Source of the DNA: Eledone cirrhosa
Lineage: Eukaryota
Reading direction: 5' to 3'
Assembly: GCA_964016885.1 (NCBI GenBank)
Contig: OZ024765.1
Span: 12,276,001 to 12,340,000 of the forward strand
DNA: 64,000 nt
A model generated the notes under the pieces. That model had not been told where the DNA came from, did not search any database, and saw only the letters and a program-made list of their open reading frames with translations. The first letter of the stretch is position 1. Every line of letters starts with the position of its first letter. The position numbers and the translations under genes are program-made. Positions 12,701-27,493 of this stretch are shown here, piece by piece.

Positions 12701-15700
12701 ACAGGGTAGTAAGCCTTAAAGAAGTGCATAGAGAGGGGGGGGTAGGAACTGAGGGTCGCATGGTAAATAACTGAGAGAGATACAATAGGATTAGAATACC
12801 GCATGGTAAATATCCAAGTTAATAAGTTAATACTACATCAGTAAAATTAACAATAATAACGTCATGAAAAAAGCTACTAAGAGAAACCCTCGAAAATTTA
12901 TCGCTAATACAGCAGGGAAAATTTAACGCTAATACAGCAGGGAACATCATAATATTAACGACATGAAAAAGCTACTAAGAGAAACCCTCGAAAATTTATC
13001 GCTAATACAGCAGGGAAAATTTAACGCTAATACAGCAGGGAACATCATAATATTAACGACAATATGTAGGCTAAAATACCTTCGTAGATTAGGTGGATGG
13101 CTGGCTGGGAAAATTGAATCAACTCTAGTGGTACATTTTAGCAGAGAAGAATGGCAAAGTGTCTTATCTCTTCAATATTTTCAGATTGAATGAATTAGGT
13201 TAAAGACAGGGTAGTAAGCCTTAAAGAAGTGCATAGAGAGGGGGGGGGGGGGGTAGGAACTGAGGGTCGCATGGTAAATAACTGAGAGAGATACAATAGG
13301 ATTAGAATACCGCATGGTAAATATCCAAGTTAATAAGTTAATACTACATCAGTAAAATTAACAATAATAACGTCATGAAAAAAGCTACTAAGAGAAACCC
13401 TCGAAAATTTATCGCTAATACAGCAGGGAAAATTTAACGCTAATACAGCAGGGAACATCATAATATTAACGACATGAAAAAGCTACTAAGAGAAACCCTC
13501 GAAAATTTATCGCTAATACAGCAGGGAAAATTTAACGCTAATACAGCAGGGAACATCATAATATTAACGACAATATGTAGGCTAAAATACCTTCGTAGAT
13601 TAGGTGGATGGCTGGCTGGGAAAATTGAATCAACTCTAGTGGTACATTTTAGCAGAGAAGAATGGCAAAGTGTCTTATCTCTTCAATATTTTCAGATTGA
13701 ATGAATTAGGTTAAAGACAGGGTAGTAAGCCTTAAAGAAGTGCATAGAGAGGGGGGGGTAGGAACTGAGGGTCGCATGGTAAATAACTGAGAGAGATACA
13801 ATAGGATTAGAATACCGCATGGTAAATATCCAAGTTAATAAGTTAATACTACATCAGTAAAATTAACAATAATAACGTCATGAAAAAAGCTACTAAGAGA
13901 AACCCTCGAAAATTTATCGCTAATACAGCAGGGAAAATTTAACGCTAATACAGCAGGGAACATCATAATATTAACGACATGAAAAAGCTACTAAGAGAAA
14001 CCCTCGAAAATTTATCGCTAATACAGCAGGGAAAATTTAACGCTAATACAGCAGGGAACATCATAATATTAACGACAATATGTAGGCTAAAATACCTTCG
14101 TAGATTAGGTGGATGGCTGGCTGGGAAAATTGAATCAACTCTAGTGGTACATTTTAGCAGAGAAGAATGGCAAAGTGTCTTATCTCTTCAATATTTTCAG
14201 ATTGAATGAATTAGGTTAAAGACAGGGTAGTAAGCCTTAAAGAAGTGCATAGAGAGGGGGGGGGTAGGAACTGAGGGTCGCATGGTAAATAACTGAGAGA
14301 GATACAATAGGATTAGAATACCGCATGGTAAATATCCAAGTTAATAAGTTAATACTACATCAGTAAAATTAACAATAATAACGTCATGAAAAAAGCTACT
14401 AAGAGAAACCCTCGAAAATTTATCGCTAATACAGCAGGGAAAATTTAACGCTAATACAGCAGGGAACATCATAATATTAACGACATGAAAAAGCTACTAA
14501 GAGAAACCCTCGAAAATTTATCGCTAATACAGCAGGGAAAATTTAACGCTAATACAGCAGGGAACATCATAATATTAACGACAATATGTAGGCTAAAATA
14601 CCTTCGTAGATTAGGTGGATGGCTGGCTGGGAAAATTGAATCAACTCTAGTGGTACATTTTAGCAGAGAAGAATGGCAAAGTGTCTTATCTCTTCAATAT
14701 TTTCAGATTGAATGAATTAGGTTAAAGACAGGGTAGTAAGCCTTAAAGAAGTGCATAGAGAGGGGGGGGGGGTAGTAACTGAGGGTCGCATGGTAAATAA
14801 CTGAGAGAGATACAATAGGATTAGAATACCGCATGGTAAATATCCAAGTTAATAAGTTAATACTACATCAGTAAAATTAACAATAATAACGTCATGAAAA
14901 AAGCTACTAAGAGAAACCCTCGAAAATTTATCGCTAATACAGCAGGGAAAATTTAACGCTAATACAGCAGGGAACATCATAATATTAACGACATGAAAAA
15001 GCTACTAAGAGAAACCCTCGAAAATTTATCGCTAATACAGCAGGGAAAATTTAACGCTAATACAGCAGGGAACATCATAATATTAACGACAATATGTAGG
15101 CTAAAATACCTTCGTAGATTAGGTGGATGGCTGGCTGGGAAAATTGAATCAACTCTAGTGGTACATTTTAGCAGAGAAGAATGGCAAAGTGTCTTATCTC
15201 TTCAATATTTTCAGATTGAATGAATTAGGTTAAAGACAGGGTAGTAAGCCTTAAAGAAGTGCATAGAGAGGGGGGGGGGGTAGGAACTGAGGGTCGCATG
15301 GTAAATAACTGAGAGAGATACAATAGGATTAGAATACCGCATGGTAAATATCCAAGTTAATAAGTTAATACTACATCAGTAAAATTAACAATAATAACGT
15401 CATGAAAAAAGCTACTAAGAGAAACCCTCGAAAATTTATCGCTAATACAGCAGGGAAAATTTAACGCTAATACAGCAGGGAACATCATAATATTAACGAC
15501 ATGAAAAAGCTACTAAGAGAAACCCTCGAAAATTTATCGCTAATACAGCAGGGAAAATTTAACGCTAATACAGCAGGGAACATCATAATATTAACGACAA
15601 TATGTAGGCTAAAATACCTTCGTAGATTAGGTGGATGGCTGGCTGGGAAAATTGAATCAACTCTAGTGGTACATTTTAGCAGAGAAGAATGGCAAAGTGT

Positions 15701-18660
15701 CTTATCTCTTCAATATTTTCAGATTGAATGAATTAGGTTAAAGACAGGGTAGTAAGCCTTAAAGAAGTGCATAGAGAGGGGGGGGGTAGGAACTGAGGGT
15801 CGCATGGTAAATAACTGAGAGAGATACAATAGGATTAGAATACCGCATGGTAAATATCCAAGTTAATAAGTTAATACTACATCAGTAAAATTAACAATAA
15901 TAACGTCATGAAAAAAGCTACTAAGAGAAACCCTCGAAAATTTATCGCTAATACAGCAGGGAAAATTTAACGCTAATACAGCAGGGAACATCATAATATT
16001 AACGACATGAAAAAGCTACTAAGAGAAACCCTCGAAAATTTATCGCTAATACAGCAGGGAAAATTTAACGCTAATACAGCAGGGAACATCATAATATTAA
16101 CGACAATATGTAGGCTAAAATACCTTCGTAGATTAGGTGGATGGCTGGCTGGGAAAATTGAATCAACTCTAGTGGTACATTTTAGCAGAGAAGAATGGCA
16201 AAGTGTCTTATCTCTTCAATATTTTCAGATTGAATGAATTAGGTTAAAGACAGGGTAGTAAGCCTTAAAGAAGTGCATAGAGAGGGGGGGGTAGGAACTG
16301 AGGGTCGCATGGTAAATAACTGAGAGAGATACAATAGGATTAGAATACCGCATGGTAAATATCCAAGTTAATAAGTTAATACTACATCAGTAAAATTAAC
16401 AATAATAACGTCATGAAAAAAGCTACTAAGAGAAACCCTCGAAAATTTATCGCTAATACAGCAGGGAAAATTTAACGCTAATACAGCAGGGAACATCATA
16501 ATATTAACGACATGAAAAAGCTACTAAGAGAAACCCTCGAAAATTTATCGCTAATACAGCAGGGAAAATTTAACGCTAATACAGCAGGGAACATCATAAT
16601 ATTAACGACAATATGTAGGCTAAAATACCTTCGTAGATTAGGTGGATGGCTGGCTGGGAAAATTGAATCAACTCTAGTGGTACATTTTAGCAGAGAAGAA
16701 TGGCAAAGTGTCTTATCTCTTCAATATTTTCAGATTGAATGAATTAGGTTAAAGACAGGGTAGTAAGCCTTAAAGAAGTGCATAGAGAGGGGGGGGGGTA
16801 GTAACTGAGGGTCGCATGGTAAATAACTGAGAGAGATACAATAGGATTAGAATACCGCATGGTAAATATCCAAGTTAATAAGTTAATACTACATCAGTAA
16901 AATTAACAATAATAACGTCATGAAAAAAGCTACTAAGAGAAACCCTCGAAAATTTATCGCTAATACAGCAGGGAAAATTTAACGCTAATACAGCAGGGAA
17001 CATCATAATATTAACGACATGAAAAAGCTACTAAGAGAAACCCTCGAAAATTTATCGCTAATACAGCAGGGAAAATTTAACGCTAATACAGCAGGGAACA
17101 TCATAATATTAACGACAATATGTAGGCTAAAATACCTTCGTAGATTAGGTGGATGGCTGGCTGGGAAAATTGAATCAACTCTAGTGGTACATTTTAGCAG
17201 AGAAGAATGGCAAAGTGTCTTATCTCTTCAATATTTTCAGATTGAATGAATTAGGTTAAAGACAGGGTAGTAAGCCTTAAAGAAGTGCATAGAGAGGGGG
17301 GGGGGTAGGAACTGAGGGTCGCATGGTAAATAACTGAGAGAGATACAATAGGATTAGAATACCGCATGGTAAATATCCAAGTTAATAAGTTAATACTACA
17401 TCAGTAAAATTAACAATAATAACGTCATGAAAAAAGCTACTAAGAGAGACCCTCGAAAATTTATCGCTAATACAGCAGGGAACATCATAATATTAACGAC
17501 ATGAAAAAGCTACTAAGAGAAACCCTCGAAAATTTATCGCTAATACAGCAGGGAAAATTTAACGCTAATACAGCAGGGAACATCATAATATTAACGACAA
17601 TATGTAGGCTAAAATACCTTCGTAGATTAGGTGGATGGCTGGCTGGGAAAATTGAATCAACTCTAGTGGTACATTTTAGCAGAGAAGAATGGCAAAGTGT
17701 CTTATCTCTTCAATATTTTCAGATTGAATGAATTAGGTTAAAGACAGGGTAGTAAGCCTTAAAGAAGTGCATAGAGAGGGGGGGGTAGGAACTGAGGGTC
17801 GCATGGTAAATAACTGAGAGAGATACAATAGGATTAGAATACCGCATGGTAAATATCCAAGTTAATAAGTTAATACTACATCAGTAAAATTAACAATAAT
17901 AACGTCATGAAAAAAGCTACTAAGAGAAACCCTCGAAAATTTATCGCTAATACAGCAGGGAAAATTTAACGCTAATACAGCAGGGAACATCATAATATTA
18001 ACGACATGAAAAAGCTACTAAGAGAAACCCTCGAAAATTTATCGCTAATACAGCAGGGAAAATTTAACGCTAATACAGCAGGGAACATCATAATATTAAC
18101 GACAATATGTAGGCTAAAATACCTTCGTAGATTAGGTGGATGGCTGGCTGGGAAAATTGAATCAACTCTAGTGGTACATTTTAGCAGAGAAGAATGGCAA
18201 AGTGTCTTATCTCTTCAATATTTTCAGATTGAATGAATTAGGTTAAAGACAGGGTAGTAAGCCTTAAAGAAGTGCATAGAGAGGGGGGGGGGGGTAGGAA
18301 CTGAGGGTCGCATGGTAAATAACTGAGAGAGATACAATAGGATTAGAATACCGCATGGTAAATATCCAAGTTAATAAGTTAATACTACATCAGTAAAATT
18401 AACAATAATAACGTCATGAAAAAAGCTACTAAGAGAAACCCTCGAAAATTTATCGCTAATACAGCAGGGAAAATTTAACGCTAATACAGCAGGGAACATC
18501 ATAATATTAACGACATGAAAAAGCTACTAAGAGAAACCCTCGAAAATTTATCGCTAATACAGCAGGGAAAATTTAACGCTAATACAGCAGGGAACATCAT
18601 AATATTAACGACAATATGTAGGCTAAAATACCTTCGTAGATTAGGTGGATGGCTGGCTGG
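9749..18660. repeat. Tandem array of 18 near-identical ~507-bp monomers
   Basis: Identical marker ORF starts at 9919, 10426 ... 18515, with periods of 505-512 bp and one of 482 bp. Differences are G-run length, a G>T variant in 3 units and one 24-bp deletion. Each monomer has a ~99-bp internal duplication containing a 24-bp sub-duplication. Confidence 0.98.
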
Positions 18661-19350
<690 letters not shown>

Positions 19351-19612
19351 TAATAAAAACAATGAATAAAAACAAAGAACAAGTTCATCATTTTACGATC
19401 GTTTCTAGGATATATATGTGTGTTGGTATGTATATCATATAGATCTATGTTATATAGATCTATGTTACAAACTATCAGAGGAAATATACATACCTTCACA
19501 TATATATATGCTGTCTTTATCAAGAAGTTGATGGAATTTAGTAAAATAACAAACATTGTCATTATTAAGATGGTGTTGCAACATAACTTATCAACGTGTT
19601 TATCATGTAGAT

Positions 19613-22600
19613 CAGGCATGTCAAACTGAGGGTCCCCCGAGTGCCAGATGGGTCACATATGTGTTGTCTGAGGGCCACATGGGTCACATGTGTGTTGTCT
19701 GAGGGCCACATGGGTCACATGTGTGTTGTCTGAGGGTCACATGGGTCACGTGTGTGTTGTCTGAGGGTCACATGGATCACATAAGTGTTGTCTGAGGGCC
19801 AGTTAGGTCACATGTGTTGTCGGAGGGCCCATGGGTCTCATATGTGTTGTCTGAGGGTCACATATGTGTTGTCTGAGGGTCACATATGTGTTGTCTGAGA
19901 GTAACATGGGTCACATGTGTTGTCTGAGGGCCAGATGGGTCACATATGTATTGTCTGAGGGCCACATGGGTGACATGTGTTGTCTGAGGGTCACATGGGT
20001 CACATGTGTTGTCTGAGGCCCACATGGGTCACATATGTGTTGTCGGAGGGTCATATGGGTCACATATGTGTTGTCTGAGGGTAACATGGGTCACATGTGT
20101 TGTCTGAGGGTAACATGGGTCACATGTGTGTTGTCTCAGGGTCCCATGGGTCACATGTGTGTTGTCTGAGGGTTCCATGGGTCACATATGTGTTGTCTGA
20201 GGGCCACATGTGTCACATAAGTGTTGTCTGAGGGCCACATATGTATATTGTCGGGGGGCCAGTTAGGTCACATATGTTGTCTGAGGGACATAGGGGTCAC
20301 ATATGTGTTGTCTGAGGGTCACATGTGTGTTGTCTAAGGCCCACATGGGTCACATATGTATTGTCTGAGGGCCACATGGGTCACATGTGTTGTCTGAGGG
20401 TCACATGGGTCACATATGTGTTGTCTGAGGGCCACATGGGTCACATATGTGTTGTCTGAGGGTCACATGGGTCACATATGTGTTGTCTGAGGCCCACATG
20501 GGTCACAAATGTGTTGTCTGAGGGTAACATGGGTCACATGTGTTGTCTGTGGGTCACATGGGTCACGTGTTGTCTGAGGGCCAGATGGGTCACATATGTG
20601 TTGTCTGAGGGCCACATGGGCCACATATGTGTTGTCTGAGGGTAACATGGGTCACATGTGTGTTGTCTGAGGCCCACATGGGTCACATATGTGTTGTCTG
20701 AGGGCAAGATGGGTCACATATGTATTGTCTGAGGGCCACATGGGTCACATATGTGTTGTCTGAGGGTCACATGGGTCACATGTGTTGTCTGAGGCCCACA
20801 TGGGTCACATGTGTTGTCTGAGGGCCAGATGGGTCACATAGGTATTGTCTTAGGGCCACATGGGTCACATATGTGTTGTCTGAGGGTTACATGGGTCACA
20901 TATGTGTTGTCTGAGGCCCACATGGGTCACATATGTGTTGTCTGAGGGTCACATGGGTCACATATGTGTTGTCTGAGGGTAACATGGGTCACATGTGTTG
21001 TCTGAGGGTCACATGGGTCACATGTGTGTTATCTGAGGGTCCCATATGTGTTGTCTGAGGGCCACATGTGCCACATAAGTGTAGTCTGAGGGTCACATGG
21101 GTCTCATATGTGTTGTCTGAGGGTCACATGTGTGTTGCCTGAGGCCCACATGGGTCACATATGTGTTGTCTGAGGGCCAGATGGGTCACATGTGTTGTCT
21201 GAGGGTCACATGGGTCACATGTGTTGTCTGAGGGCCAGATGGGTCACATATGTATTGTCTGAGGGCCACATGGGTCACATGTGTTGTCTGAGGGTCACAT
21301 GGGTCACATATGTGTTGTCTGAGGCCCACATGGGTCACATATGTGTTGTCTGAGGGTCACATGGGTCACATATGTGTTGTCTGAGGGTAACATGGGTCAC
21401 ATGTGTTGTCTGAGGGTCACATGGGTCACATGTGTGTTGTCTGAGGTTCCCATGGGTCACATGTGTGTTGTCTGAGGGTTCCATGGGTCACATATGTGTT
21501 GTCTGAGCGCCACATGTGTCACATAAGTGTTGTCTGAGGGCCACATATGTATATTGTCGGGGGGCCAGTTAGGTCACATATGTTGTCTGAGGGACATAGG
21601 GGTCACATATGTGTTGTCTGAGGGTCACATGTGTGTATCTAAGGCCCACATGGGTCACATATGTATTGTCTGAGGGCCACATGGGTCACATGTGTTGTCT
21701 GAGGGTCACATGGGTCACATATGTGTTGTCTGAGGGCCACATGGGTCACATATGTGTTGTCTGAGGGTCACATGGGTCACATATGTGTTGTCTGAGGCCC
21801 ACATGGGTCACATATGTGTTGTCTGAGGGTAACAAGGGTCACATATGTGTTGTCTGAGGGTCACATGTGTGTTGTCTGAGGCCCACATGGGTCACATATG
21901 TGTTGTCTGAGGGCAAGATGGGTCACATGTGTTGTCTGAGGGTCACATGGGTCACATATGTGTTGTCTGAGGCCCACATGGGTCACATATGTGTTGTCTG
22001 AGGGTCACATGGGTCACATATGTGTTGTCTGAGGCCCACATGGGTCACATATGTGTTGTCTGAGGGCCACATGGGCCACATATGTGTTGTCTGAGGGTCA
22101 CATGTGTGTTGTCTGAGGCCCACATGGGTCACATATGTGTTGTCTGAGGGCAAGATGGGTCACATATGTATTGTCTGAGGGCCACATGGGTCACATATGT
22201 GTTGTCTGAGGGTCACATGGGTCACATGTGTTGTCTGAGGCCCACATGGGTCACATGTGTTGTCTGAGGGCCAGATGGGTCACATAGGTATTGTCTTAGG
22301 GCCACATGGGTCACATATGTGTTGTCTGAGTGTCACATGGGTCACATATGTGTTGTCTGAGGGTAACATGGGTCACATGTGTTGTCTGAGGGTCACATGG
22401 GTCACATGTGTGTTATCTGAGGGTCCCATATGTGTTGTCTGAGGGCCACATATGCCACATAAGTGTAGTCTGAGGGTCACATGGGTCACATATGTGTTGT
22501 CTGAGGGTCACATGTGTGTTGCCTGAGGCCCACATGGGTAACATATGTGTTGTCTGAGGGCCAGATGGGTCACATGTGTTGTCTGAGGGTCACATGTGTG

Positions 22601-25600
22601 TTGTCTGAGGGCCAGATGGGTCACATATGTATTGTCTAAGGGCCACATGGGTCACATATGTGTTGTCTGAGGGTCACATATGTGTTGTCTGAGGGTCTCA
22701 TATGTGTTGTCTGAGAGTAACATGGGTCACATGTGTTGTCTGAGGGCCAAATGGGTCACATATGTATTGTCTGAGGGCCACATGGGTCACATGTGTGTTG
22801 TCTGAGGGTCACATGGGTCACATATGTGTTGTCTGAGGCCCACATGGGTCACATATGTGTTGTCTGAGGGTCACATGGGTCACATATGTGTTGTCTGAGG
22901 GTAACATGGGTCACATGTGTTGTCTGAGGGTCACATGGGTCACGTGTGTTGTCTGAGGGTCCCATGGGTCACATGTGTGTTGTCTGAGGGTCCCATGGGT
23001 CACATATGTGTTGTCTGAGGGTCACATAGGTCACATGTGTTGTCTGAGGGCCAGATGGGACACATATGTGTTGTCCGAGGCCCACATGGGTCACATATGT
23101 GTTGTCTGAGGGTCACATATGTGTTGTCTGAGGGTCACATATGTGTTGTCTGAGAGTAACATGGATCACATGTGTTGTCTGAGGGTCACATGGGTCACAT
23201 GTGTTTTGTCTGAGGGTCACATGGGTCACATGTGTGTTGTCTGAGGGTCCCATGGGTCACATATGTGTTGTCTGAGGGCCACATGGGTCACATATGTATA
23301 TTGTCGGGGGGCCAGTTAGGTCACATATGTCGTCTGAGGGACATAGGGGTCACATATGTGTTGTCTGAGGGTCACATTTGTGTTGTCTGAGGCCCACATG
23401 GGTCACATATGTGTTGTCTGAGGGCCAAATGAGTCACATATGTATTGTCTGAGGGCCACATGTGTTGTCTGAGGGTCACATGGGTCACATATGTGTTGTC
23501 TGAGGCCCACATGGGTCACATATGTGTTGTCTGAGGGTCACATGTGTGTATCTAAGGCCCACATGGGTCACATATGTATTGTCTGAGGGCCACATGGGTC
23601 ACATGTGTTGTCTGAGGGTCACATGGGTCACATATGTGTTGTCTGAGGGCCACATGGGTCACATATGTGTTGTCTGAGGGTCACATGGGTCACATATGTG
23701 TTGTCTGAGGCCCACATGGGTCACATATGTTGTCTGAGGGTAACAAGGGTCACATATGTGTTGTCTGAGGGTCACATGTGTGTTGTCTGAGGCCCACATG
23801 GGTCACATATGTGTTGTCTGAGGGCAAGATGGGTCACATGTGTTGTCTGAGGGTCACATGGGTCACATATGTGTTGTCTGAGGCCCACATGGGTCACATA
23901 TGTGTTGTCTGAGGGTCACATATGTGTTGTCTGAGGCCCACATGGGTCACATATGTGTTGTCTGGGGGCCACATGGGCCACATATGTGTTGTCTGAGGGT
24001 CACATGTGTGTTGTCTGAGGCCCACATGGGTCACATATGTGTTGTCTGAGGGCAAGATGGGTCACATATGTATTGTCTGAGGGCCACATGGGTCACATAT
24101 GTGTTGTCTGAGGGTCACATGGGTCACATGTGTTGTCTGAGGCCCACATGGGTCACATGTGTTGTCTGAGGGCCAGATGGGTCACATAGGAATTGTCTTA
24201 GGGCCACATGGGTCACATATGTGTTGTCTGAGTGTCACATGGGTCACATATGTGTTGTCTGAGGGTAACATGGGTCACATGTGTTGTCTGAGGGTCACAT
24301 GGGTCACATGTGTGTTATCTGAGGGACCCATATGTGTTGTCTGAGGGCCACATGTGCCACATAAGTGTAGTCTGAGGGTCACATGGGTCACATATGTGTT
24401 GTCTGAGGGTCACATGTGTGTTGCCTGAGGCCCACATGGGTAACATATGTGTTGTCTGAGGGCCAGATGGGTCACATGTGTTGTCTGAGGGTCACATGTG
24501 TGTTGTCTAAGGGCCACATGGGTCACATATGTGTTGTCTGAGGGTCACATATGTGTTGTCTGAGGGTCTCATATGTGTTGTCTGAGAGTAACATGGGTCA
24601 CATGTGTTGTCTGAGGGCCAAATGGGTCACATATGTATTGTCTGAGGGCCACATGGGTCACATGTGTGTTGTCTGAGGGTCACATGGGTCACATATGTGT
24701 TGTCTGAGGGTCACATGGGTCACATATGTGTTGTCTGAGGGTCACATGGGTCACATATGTGTTGTCTGAGGGTAACATGGGTCACATGTGTTGTCTGAGG
24801 GTCACATGGGTCACGTGTGTTGTCTGAGGGTCCCATGGGTCACATGTGTGTTGTCTGAGGGTCCCATGGGTCACATATGTGTTGTCTGAGGGTCACATAG
24901 GTCACATGTGTTGTCTGAGGGCCAGATGGGTCACATAAGTGTTGTCTGAGGGTCACATGTGTGTTGTCTGAGGGTCAGATGGGTCACATATGTATTGTCT
25001 AAGGACCACATGGGTCACATATGTGTTGTCTGAGGGTCACATATGTGTTGTCCGAGGCCCACATGGGTCACATATGTGTTGTCTGAGGGTCACATATGTG
25101 TTGTCTGAGGGTCACATATGTGTTGTCTGAGGGTCACATATGTGTTGTCTGAGAGTAACATGGATCACATGTGTTGTCTGAGGGTCACATGGGTCACATG
25201 TGTGTTGTCTGAGGGTCCCATGGGTCACATATGTGTTGTCTGAGGGCCACATGGGTCACATATGTATATTGTCGGGGGGCCAGTTAGGTCACATATGTCG
25301 TCTGAGGGACATAGGGGTCACATATGTGTTGTCTGAGGGTCACATTTGTGTTGTCTGAGGCCCACATGGGTCACATATGTGTTGTCTGAGGGCCAAATGA
25401 GTCACATATGTATTGTCTGAGGGCCACATGTGTTGTCTGAGGGTCACATGGGTCACATATGTGTTGTCTGAGGCCCACATGGGTCACATATGTGTTGTCT
25501 GAGGGTCACATGTGTTGTCTGAGGGTAACATGGGTCACATGTGTTGTCTGAGGGTCACATGTTGTCTGAGAGCCAGATGGGTCACATATGTGTTGTCTGA

Positions 25601-25789
25601 GGGCCACATGGGTCACATATTTGTCGTCTGAGGACCACATGGGTCACATATGTGTCGTCTGAGGACCACACATTACAACTAATTTTACGAAAATAAAACA
25701 TGCTTGTGTTGTAAAAACTTTCGTACAGACTGCAGGCGTGCTTATAAAGGGCTGCATGCGGCGCATGGGCCGGATGTTTGACATGCCTG
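19613..25789. mobile_element. Non-autonomous hAT (Charlie/Buster-type) element inflated by an internal minisatellite
   Basis: Perfect 14-bp TIRs CAGGCATGTCAAAC / GTTTGACATGCCTG. 8-bp TSD ATGTAGAT at 19605-19612 and 25790-25797, matching the NNNTANNN pattern. Confidence 0.93.
19645..25672 (+). repeat. Minisatellite, unit ~TTGTCTGAGGGTCACATGGGTCACATATGTG (31 bp; 29- and 21-bp variants)
   Basis: About 200 units. Rare variant blocks recur at 1.3-2.0-kb spacing. Confidence 0.97.
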
Positions 25790-25797
25790 ATGTAGAT

Positions 25798-26640
25798 CAC
25801 CAACACTAGAGAGGTTGTCATATCTTTGACACAAGTAGAGAGTCCTTCCAACAATTTGTTGACAGGTTTTCTATGGCTGGATGCTCATCTTATCATCAAC
25901 CATTTACAGAGTGTACTGGGTGTGTTTATCATGTAAATCACCAACACTATGGAGGTTATACACACTAGAGGTGTCATGTCCATGACACAACTGAAGGGTC
26001 TTCTTAACCCTTTTTCTATAGCTGGATGCTCTTCTTATAGACAACCACTCTACAATATGTACTGGATATGTTTATTATGTAGATCTCCAACACTAGACTA
26101 GTTGTAATGTCTTTGACACAATTGAAGGGACCTCCTGACCCTTTGTTTGGCAAGCTTTCTAGAGCTGGATACCCTTCCTATAACCAACCACTTTACAGAA
26201 TGTACTGGGTGTGTTTATCAAGTAATCCCCCCAACATTAGGGAGGTTATCATGTCAATAGCACAACTTATGGATCCTTCCAACCATTTGGAGACAGGTTT
26301 TCTATGGCTGGATATCCATCCTATCACCAACCATTTTATATAGTATATTCTCCCAAAATTAGACAGATTGTCATGTCTATAGCACAACTGAGGAATCTTT
26401 CCAACATTTTTGGGGGGCAAGCTTTCTATGGCTGATGGTCGTCTCGTCACTAGAGAAGTCGTAATGTCCTTGATGCAATCAAAGGGCCCTATCAACACTT
26501 TCATTGGCAAGCTTTATATGACTGGATGTCCATCCTACCACCAACCATTTTACAGAGTGTACTGGGTGTATTTATCATGTTGTTCCCCCAACACTAGGAA
26601 AACTATTGCACAACTGACTACTCCTCACAATCCTTTGTTG
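25798..26640 (-). repeat. Diverged tandem repeat derived from RTE 3' UTR-like sequence
   Basis: Recurring TTTCTATRGCTGGAT...CAACCAYTTTACAGAGTGTACTGGGT resembles LINE 3' UTR 6212-6270. The hAT element inserted into its first unit. Confidence 0.65.
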
Positions 26641-26900
26641 GTTTCCAGAAAACCTGAAGCGGGGCAAGGAAATATATGTTTGTGTTATTAGAATGAAAGA
26701 TGTAAGCAAACCAGCTAAAAACAGCCCCCCCCCCTCCCACACACACACACGCATTAAACATGGGTTCTGAACAAAACTACCTTTCAGTATTTAATCCAAC
26801 CGACCACGCTGCCTATACATTCCCTTGTCATTCTCACTGTCAGAAAAACTGTCTCCAAGGAGTGGTTCAATATAAAAAAAACATTGTTTACAAAATGGAT

Positions 26901-26982
<82 letters not shown>

Positions 26983-27059
26983 ATATATATATATTGATAT
27001 ATATATATATACACACACGCACATATTTCTTTATTTTTTTACATCCGCTTTTCCCTGCT

Positions 27060-27115
<56 letters not shown>

Positions 27116-27168
27116 TTGCATATATCTATATTTATTTATATATATGTGTATATATCTATATTTATCTA

Positions 27169-27202
<34 letters not shown>

Positions 27203-27396
27203 CATACACATGCATACACATATACATACATACCTACACATACATACAACACACACACACATATATATACATATATATACACTCTGTTCAGTTATAAAAA
27301 CAATACAATGATGCAGCAGTGTGCAGTGTACATGTGTGCACTACACACTGCATATATTGTGCACCAGTGCACCTATTTCACCTGTTTATATTGCAA

Positions 27397-27442
27397 CCAA
27401 TCACATATACTCTTCCATAGATTAGAGCGTCGCTATGGCAAC
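27397..27442. promoter_or_regulatory. Candidate RFX X-box plus CCAAT box
   Basis: GTCGCTATGGCAAC (27429-27442) fully matches the X-box consensus GTHNYYATRRNAAC. CCAAT at 27397. Both lie in a short unique, CpG-containing patch. Confidence 0.35.
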
Positions 27443-27493
27443 GAATGAATTACTTTTAACTGTGTAATTGGTGTGTTGTCTGTCTGTTTGTCT

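Noticed and set aside
9919-18236. Repeated 76-aa [15 protein letters not shown]... as a tandem gene family
   Set aside because: It is antisense to the LINE, has no recognisable domain and partly derives from an internal duplication. Identity between copies simply reflects DNA repeat identity.
9749-18660. CRISPR-like or guide array
   Set aside because: There are no unique spacers; the units are identical end to end, and the context is eukaryotic.
19645-25672. CRISPR array (repeat length ~30 bp)
   Set aside because: The units are contiguous degenerate repeats with no spacers and no cas genes.
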